Shown here one piece after another: positions 59,201-64,000 of a stretch of DNA of 64,000 bases. A model generated the notes under the pieces. That model had not been told where the DNA came from, searched no databases, and was given only the letters and a program-made list of their open reading frames with translations. Positions within the stretch are counted from its first letter, which is position 1. Every line of letters begins with the position of its first letter. The DNA comes from Gemmatimonadota bacterium (lineage in GTDB: Bacteria; Gemmatimonadota; Gemmatimonadetes; Palauibacterales; Palauibacteraceae), in the NCBI GenBank assembly GCA_963666735.1, contig OY762926.1, forward strand, positions 1,856,001 through 1,920,000. Reading direction: 5' to 3'. The position numbers and the translations under genes were made by a program.

Positions 59201-60340
59201 TCAACCGGGATCCTCCTCCCGAAAGCTGAGCTTTGCGATGCGCCAGGGCGGGAAACGGGTGTCCTGAAGGACATAAAGATGCCTCCCCCCGCCCAGGACC
59301 CGTGAGTTTTCCGGTAGGGGCACGTCCTCGTACAGTTTGCGGCCGGTGTCACGGTCGTAGATGTCGAGGGAAGCATGATACGCGCCGAAGGCCCCCCCGG
59401 ATCTCGGGGAACGGAAACGGCCGTGTACTACTGCGAGATAGGAACCAACCACAGCGATGTGCGAGATCGTGCTGCGCCCCCCAAGCAACTCTGGTATTTG
59501 GGTGCCGTACCCGCCGGGCCCGAACGCACCGGACTCGAACACGGGAACCGGCTCGAACGTCGGGGGTGGAACACCGAATTCACCGATCGAATCGCCTGTC
59601 GCGTTCAGGATCGCGACAGGATAGCGGAGAGAGAATGCCATGTAGATGGAGTCGCCCGCCACGTCGAACGAGAAGCGTGCGATCGAATTCCAGTAGGGTC
59701 TCTCCGCAGGAAGAAACGGCCACGTGTACGAACTCCACACCACCTCGTTCTCCCTGAGGCGATGCAGCATCAGGGGGCGACGATGGAAACGCGAGAGGTC
59801 GTCAGCCCCACCCGATACGCCGCCGAGTCTCATATCCAACAGGAGGTCGTCGCCGATGGCCTTCGCACGCCAGGGAATCCCGGGTAACGAAACCGTGGTG
59901 TCCGCCAGCAGCTCACCGGTCAACCAAGTCAATCGGGTCTGACGGCTATCGAGCACGGCGACCCGGCCCGAGCCTGTTTCCGCCAAGCCATCGATGCCCT
60001 GGAACTCGAAGGGGCCCACTCCGAATCGTCCGAAAGCTGCCTCGAGCCGACCGTGCTCGTCGTAGCTCCGGACCTTGGGGAGCTGCCCGTCACTCAAGAG
60101 GAAGCCCCTGTTAGCACGCTCCTGAAAAATGCCAGGCACGGCGATCGAGTCCTCCGGACTCTCTTCCAGCACGATGACCGTGTCGGTATCGAACGCAACG
60201 TCCAGTGCGATCCCGGCTAATGGTTCCGCAGGATCGGGCGCGATGTCGCATGCTACAATAGCCAGCACCGTCACGAACGGGGCGGTAGAAACCCGCCACC
60301 GCCGCCGCCTGAGACCCGTCAAGATCCTATTGAATGACAA
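59201..60340 (-). CDS. 6-bladed beta-propeller-like lipoprotein
   Basis: Lipobox IVA-C, FGRFGVGPFEF blade motif; start uncertain. Confidence 0.78.
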   Translation of the reverse strand: MSFNRILTGLRRRRWRVSTAPFVTVLAIVACDIAPDPAEPLAGIALDVAFDTDTVIVLEESPEDSIAVPGIFQERANRGFLLSDGQLPKVRSYDEHGRLEAAFGRFGVGPFEFQGIDGLAETGSGRVAVLDSRQTRLTWLTGELLADTTVSLPGIPWRAKAIGDDLLLDMRLGGVSGGADDLSRFHRRPLMLHRLRENEVVWSSYTWPFLPAERPYWNSIARFSFDVAGDSIYMAFSLRYPVAILNATGDSIGEFGVPPPTFEPVPVFESGAFGPGGYGTQIPELLGGRSTISHIAVVGSYLAVVHGRFRSPRSGGAFGAYHASLDIYDRDTGRKLYEDVPLPENSRVLGGGRHLYVLQDTRFPPWRIAKLSFREEDPG

Positions 60341-60453
60341 TGACGTAGCGCCATCGGACGCACGGTCTTGGATGCGATTCCGAAGGTAAAGAGCACCGCC
60401 AGCACGGTGGCGATACGGGTCAATTGTGCGAACCGGTCCATTTTCTCCCTCCT

Positions 60454-60944
60454 TTAGGGATTCACGAGTTGACTACGAATGAGGCCGGTCGTGAGAGTTC
60501 CACGCAGAACGCCCACCTGAGCCTCGAAGTTCCAACCACAATCGGAGGCGGCGTTTCTGGAATCGGCCATCAATACGACTCCGGTGCGATCGACGAGAAG
60601 CTTCGTGCTCGGGAGAAGTGGCCCGAGGGCGGCCTCCAGGTCTTGTCGCGATGCGGCGGTGAACGTCGTGCCACGCAACGCCCGTCGCGCATCCTGAGAC
60701 ACGTCGTCGTCACCAACCACCACGACATGGCGCTTCAACGCGTATCGTCCCCAAGAGCATTCCATACGGCCGACCTGCCACTCAAGCAGGTTCGGCACCG
60801 TGCGACATCAACGATCCAAACCAGGTGTGCCTCCGCAGGATCCGGTTCTTCGAGTCCGAGCCACGACAGGGACGCCGAGGTGCCGACCAGACGGTCCCGG
60901 ACGTTCGTCCGCCACCGTGCCTCCACGGGCTCGGCCGGTGCCAC
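60454..60944 (-). pseudogene. Frameshifted, possibly thioredoxin-fold protein
   Basis: HLVWIVDVARCRTC (CxxC after a beta strand); frame change near 60738 continues LKRHVVVVG...PSTKLLVDRTGVVL. Confidence 0.4.
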
Positions 60945-60959
60945 CGTCGCCAGAATGGC

Positions 60960-61205
60960 GATGGCGAAGCAACGAACCCGAATGGCGCCTCGACAGCGAC
61001 ATATCGCACGAATCAGCTCTGCTCGTCGAACCAGAGGAGAATGCGGTCGTCAGTGCCGCGATTTGCCAGCGTCCCGACGTAGCCGGATCCGATCGAGACG
61101 ACGGAAGTTACGCTCCAGATCGCCCGACTCGCACGCAAAGCATCGGCGATGTTCCGCCGAACCAGTCGGCCGACACACGCTCGAACTCCAGGGGCACCCA
61201 GTCGC
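60960..61205 (-). pseudogene. Decayed paralog of the 56130-57215 gene
   Basis: WVPLEFERVSADWF / IWSVTSVVSIGSGYVGTLANRGTDDRILLWFD..*FVRYVAVEAPFGFVAS aligns with the intact copy; has a frameshift and a stop. Confidence 0.8.
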
Positions 61206-61444
61206 GGCCCGCTTTCTCCTCATCCGTACCATCTCACCTGATCGCAGGCCAGACGACGTGGTGCGCTAGGTGTAGATGCCACGATGGTTGTTCACCGGAT
61301 CGACGAGTAAAATGAGAGTTCCCGTCAGAGAGCTCACACCCTACTCGTCGGAGGATCCGGTGAACGTGCACAAGAATGCGAAGTTTGGAGTTACCCCGAT
61401 TTGGTGGACACCTTTGAGCGTTGGTCACAACGAGGAGGTGTCGC

Positions 61445-61753
61445 ATGTCGGGACGGAGATACGCGCCGGAGTACAAGGCGCGGATGGTGGAACTGGTCCG
61501 TGCGGGACGGAGCGCGGACCGGCTGGCTCGCGAGTTCGAGCCCTCGGCGACGGCGATCCGGCGCTGGGTGGAGCGGGCCGACCTGGACGAGGGGCGTCGC
61601 ACCGACGGTCTGACGACGGTCGAGCGCAAGGAAGTCCGGGAACTGAAGCGCGAGCTTCGCCGGGTGAAGATCGAGCGCGACATATTGGCAAAAGCCACGG
61701 CCTGGTTCGCCAAGGAGAGCGGATCGATCCCCCGGGGGGGTTCCGGTTCGTGA
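61445..61753 (+). CDS. IS3 transposase OrfA
   Basis: RRYAPEYKARMV HTH, ELKRELRRVKIERDILAKA zipper. Confidence 0.9.
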   Translation: MSGRRYAPEYKARMVELVRAGRSADRLAREFEPSATAIRRWVERADLDEGRRTDGLTTVERKEVRELKRELRRVKIERDILAKATAWFAKESGSIPRGGSGS

Positions 61754-62601
61754 GCGATCACCAGGCCATGTATCCCGTGCGCGTGATGTGCCGCCTGCTG
61801 GGTCTCTCCCCGAGCGGGTACTATGCGTGGCGGACGCGGGAGCCGTCTCGGCGGGCGCGGGAGAACGAGGCGCTCAGTGCGGAGATCGTCGAGATCCACG
61901 CCATGAGCGGGGGGACGTACGGGGCGCCGCGGGTCCATGCGGAACTCAAGGCGCGGGGCCGCGAGGCGGGTGTGGGCCGGGTGGCGCGGCTGATGCGGGC
62001 GGCGGAGATCGAAGGGGTGAGCCGGCGCCGCAAGGGCAGTACGACGAAGCGGGCCGCGAAGTCCAGGCCCGCGCCGGATCTCGTGGACCGAGACTTCTCG
62101 GCCTCCGGACCCGACGAACTCTGGGTGGCCGACATCACGTACGTGCCGACCTGGGCGGGCTTCCTCTATCTGGCCGTCGTGCTCGACGCCTGGAGCCGCC
62201 GCATCGTGGGCTGGTCGATGGCGACGCACCTGAGGACGTCCCTGGTGCTGGATGCCTTCGACATGGCGCTGGCGCAGCGGCGCCCCGACGGGGTGATCCA
62301 CCACAGCGACCAAGGCAGCCAGTACACGTCCTACGCCTTCGGCGGGCGCTGCCGGAGGGCCGGGGTCAGGCCCTCGATGGGCTCGGTGGGCGACGCTTAC
62401 GACAACGCCATGTGCGAGTCGTTCTTCGCCACGCTGGAGTGCGAACTGATCTGGCGGCGCTCGTTCCGGACGCCCGGCGAGGCCCGCCGGGGGGTGTTCC
62501 GGTTCATCGAGGGCTGGTACAACCCGCGCCGGCGGCACTCGAGCCTCGGCTACGAGTCGCCCGCCAGCTTCGAGGCGCGCGAGAAAGGAGAGGCGGCGTG
62601 A
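61750..62601 (+). CDS. IS3 transposase OrfB (DDE), in the -1 frame relative to OrfA
   Basis: WVADITY, HHSDQGSQY, DNAMCESFF, YNPRRRHSSLG motifs. Confidence 0.92.
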   Translation: MSDHQAMYPVRVMCRLLGLSPSGYYAWRTREPSRRARENEALSAEIVEIHAMSGGTYGAPRVHAELKARGREAGVGRVARLMRAAEIEGVSRRRKGSTTKRAAKSRPAPDLVDRDFSASGPDELWVADITYVPTWAGFLYLAVVLDAWSRRIVGWSMATHLRTSLVLDAFDMALAQRRPDGVIHHSDQGSQYTSYAFGGRCRRAGVRPSMGSVGDAYDNAMCESFFATLECELIWRRSFRTPGEARRGVFRFIEGWYNPRRRHSSLGYESPASFEAREKGEAA

Positions 62602-63612
62602 CCCCCCGGGCCGCGGCCCTCTCCCGCGAGGTGGCGAGAATGGAGGAAACCACCACTTTCACCTGTCCACTAAAACGGGGTAAGCCCAGTTGACGCCCGC
62701 GGGGCGAGCGGTGCTGGTGAAGCGGGTGCTGGCCGGGGAGCCGGTCGAGGTGGCGACGCGGGAGATGGGGGTGAGCCGCCGGACGGGGTTCAAGTGGCTC
62801 AAGCGGTTCCGGGAGGAGGGAGAGGAAGGGCTTCTGGACCGTAGTTCGAGGCCGCACCATCACCCGCGCCGGATCCCTCGGCAACGGCGCCGCCGGATCG
62901 AGCGGTTGAGGCGGGAGCGCTGGAGCTGTCCGCGGATCGCCGATCAGTTGAACATGCCGGTCTCTACGGTGACGCTGGAGGTGAGGCGGCTGGGTCTGAG
63001 CCGGTTGGAGAAGCTGGCGCCTCCGGAGCCGGTGGTGCGCTACGAACGGTCGCGGCCGGGGTCTCCGGTGCACATGGACATCAAGAAGCTCGCGCGGATC
63101 GTACGGCCCGGACACCGGATCGACGGGGACCGGAGCAAGAGGGTCCGGGGCGCGGGGTGGGAGTACTACCACGCGGCGGTCGACGACGCGTCGCGGGTCG
63201 CCTGCGGAGATGTGCTGCCCGGCGAGCGGAAGGAGGACGCGGTGGCGTTCCTGTTGCGGGTGGTCGCCTTCTTCGGGAGCCAGGGGGTGAAGATCAGCCA
63301 GCTCATGACCGACAACGGGGGCTGCTACCGGTCGAAACGGTTCCGGCGGGTGCTCCGGGAACTCGGGATCAAGCACATCTTCACCCGTCCCTACACGCCC
63401 AGGACCAACGGGAAGGTGGAGCGCTTCATCCGCACCTCGCTCGCGGAGTGGGCCTACGACCGGTCCTATCCCCACTCGCGCGTGCGGACGGAAGTCCTCC
63501 GCATCTGGCTCCGCTACTACTACCTGAGGCGACGACACACCGCCATCGGACGCCTCACACCCATGCAAAGACTCGTCGAGCTAAGGGTCACCAACGTCCT
63601 TGGCATCTACAG

Positions 63613-63999
63613 CTAGGGCTCGATGTCGTAGCGCACCACGTACGGGATGTCGAGCGCGTCCTTCTCCACGACCCAGACCTCGGCCCGGTTTGCCGCCGAC
63701 ACGCGCGAGGTCGTGGGAAGCTGCACCCGGCCAATACTCGCTCCTACGGCATCCAGCACGAGCCAGTCGCGCTCGCCGTCTTCGTCCGGCCCAGCCAACC
63801 AGATCGTACCGCGGCTCCCAATGCGAACGGTGGTAACCGGCGGAAAATACCGGCGTTGTTCATAGAATTCGCGGAGGGCCCTAGCATGAGCTCGATGATC
63901 GGTAACGCCCGGCCAATCTAGCTGCTCACGTATCTCGTCAGCAAAAAAACCCTCTGGGACCGGACGAGGCTCGTACTCGACGCGACGTCGAAACAGCGT
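63613..63999 (-). CDS. Beta-propeller-like protein, paralog of 54469-55656 (C-terminal part; runs off the right edge)
   Basis: Open frame TLFRRRVEYEPR...YFPPVT...EKDALDIPYVVRYDIEP. Confidence 0.85.
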   Translation of the reverse strand, partial: TLFRRRVEYEPRPVPEGFFADEIREQLDWPGVTDHRAHARALREFYEQRRYFPPVTTVRIGSRGTIWLAGPDEDGERDWLVLDAVGASIGRVQLPTTSRVSAANRAEVWVVEKDALDIPYVVRYDIEP

Positions 64000-64000
64000 G

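Larger units (their letters stand above)
61386..62688 (+). mobile_element. IS3-family insertion sequence
   Basis: TG...CA ends, inverted repeats TGGAGTTACCCCGATTTGGTGGACA / TGGGCTTACCCCGTTTTAGTGGACA, 3-bp target duplication GTT. Confidence 0.93.
61271..63611 (+). mobile_element. IS481-family insertion sequence, interrupted by an IS3
   Basis: Ends TGTAGATGCCACGATGGTTGTTCACC / GGTCACCAACGTCCTTGGCATCTACA; 6-bp target duplication GCTAGG at 61265-61270 and 63612-63617. Confidence 0.93.
61360..63616 (+). pseudogene. IS481 transposase split by the IS3 insertion
   Basis: 61360-61385 joined to 62692 onward reads MNVHKNAKLTPAGRAVLV...; HMDIKKL, TDNG, TNGKVERF motifs. Confidence 0.9.

Noticed and set aside
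54445..64000. Classical integron or diversity-generating retroelement as the explanation for the module array
   Set aside because: No integron integrase, canonical attC R-boxes or reverse transcriptase is visible, and differences between repeats are not adenine-specific on inspection

Overview
High-GC bacterial DNA. The gene content (SusC/SusD pairs, expanded 6-bladed beta-propeller proteins) suggests Gemmatimonadota; this is inference. Left to right: (1) 1-11263, a tandem array of three SusC/RagA-type TonB-dependent receptors (the first runs off the window) and two SusD/RagB lipoproteins. (2) 11712-18909, housekeeping block A: tyrS, PBP1A, pyrimidine-nucleoside phosphorylase, V4R protein, ruvX, mltG, truncated thiE. 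(3) 18910-27900, an inverted, clearly diverged second version of the same block (block B), with broken PBP1A, mltG and V4R, an intact thiE, an inserted polyproline/Cys-rich lipoprotein gene and a susC fragment. (4) 27896-32243, an apparently exact 4348-bp inverted copy of 18910-23257. (5) A 23S-5S rRNA unit with its own promoter and no 16S. (6) A complete F1Fo ATP synthase operon preceded by two Rex-like boxes. (7) MoxR, CNNM/CorC, prepilin peptidase, TrmH-family methylase, thiD, ALDH16-like dehydrogenase, deoC, an orphan HigA beside a higB remnant, and katG. (8) 54445-64000, an accessory array of secreted beta-propeller and Cys-rich protein modules. Each module begins at a repeat of the katG 3' end plus a hairpin, one has a poly-G promoter that may be phase-variable, and an IS481 carrying a nested IS3 interrupts the third boundary. 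The best candidates for new biology are this katG-anchored module array and the A/B homeologous blocks with complementary gene decay; an assembly or amplification chimera must be excluded for the latter.
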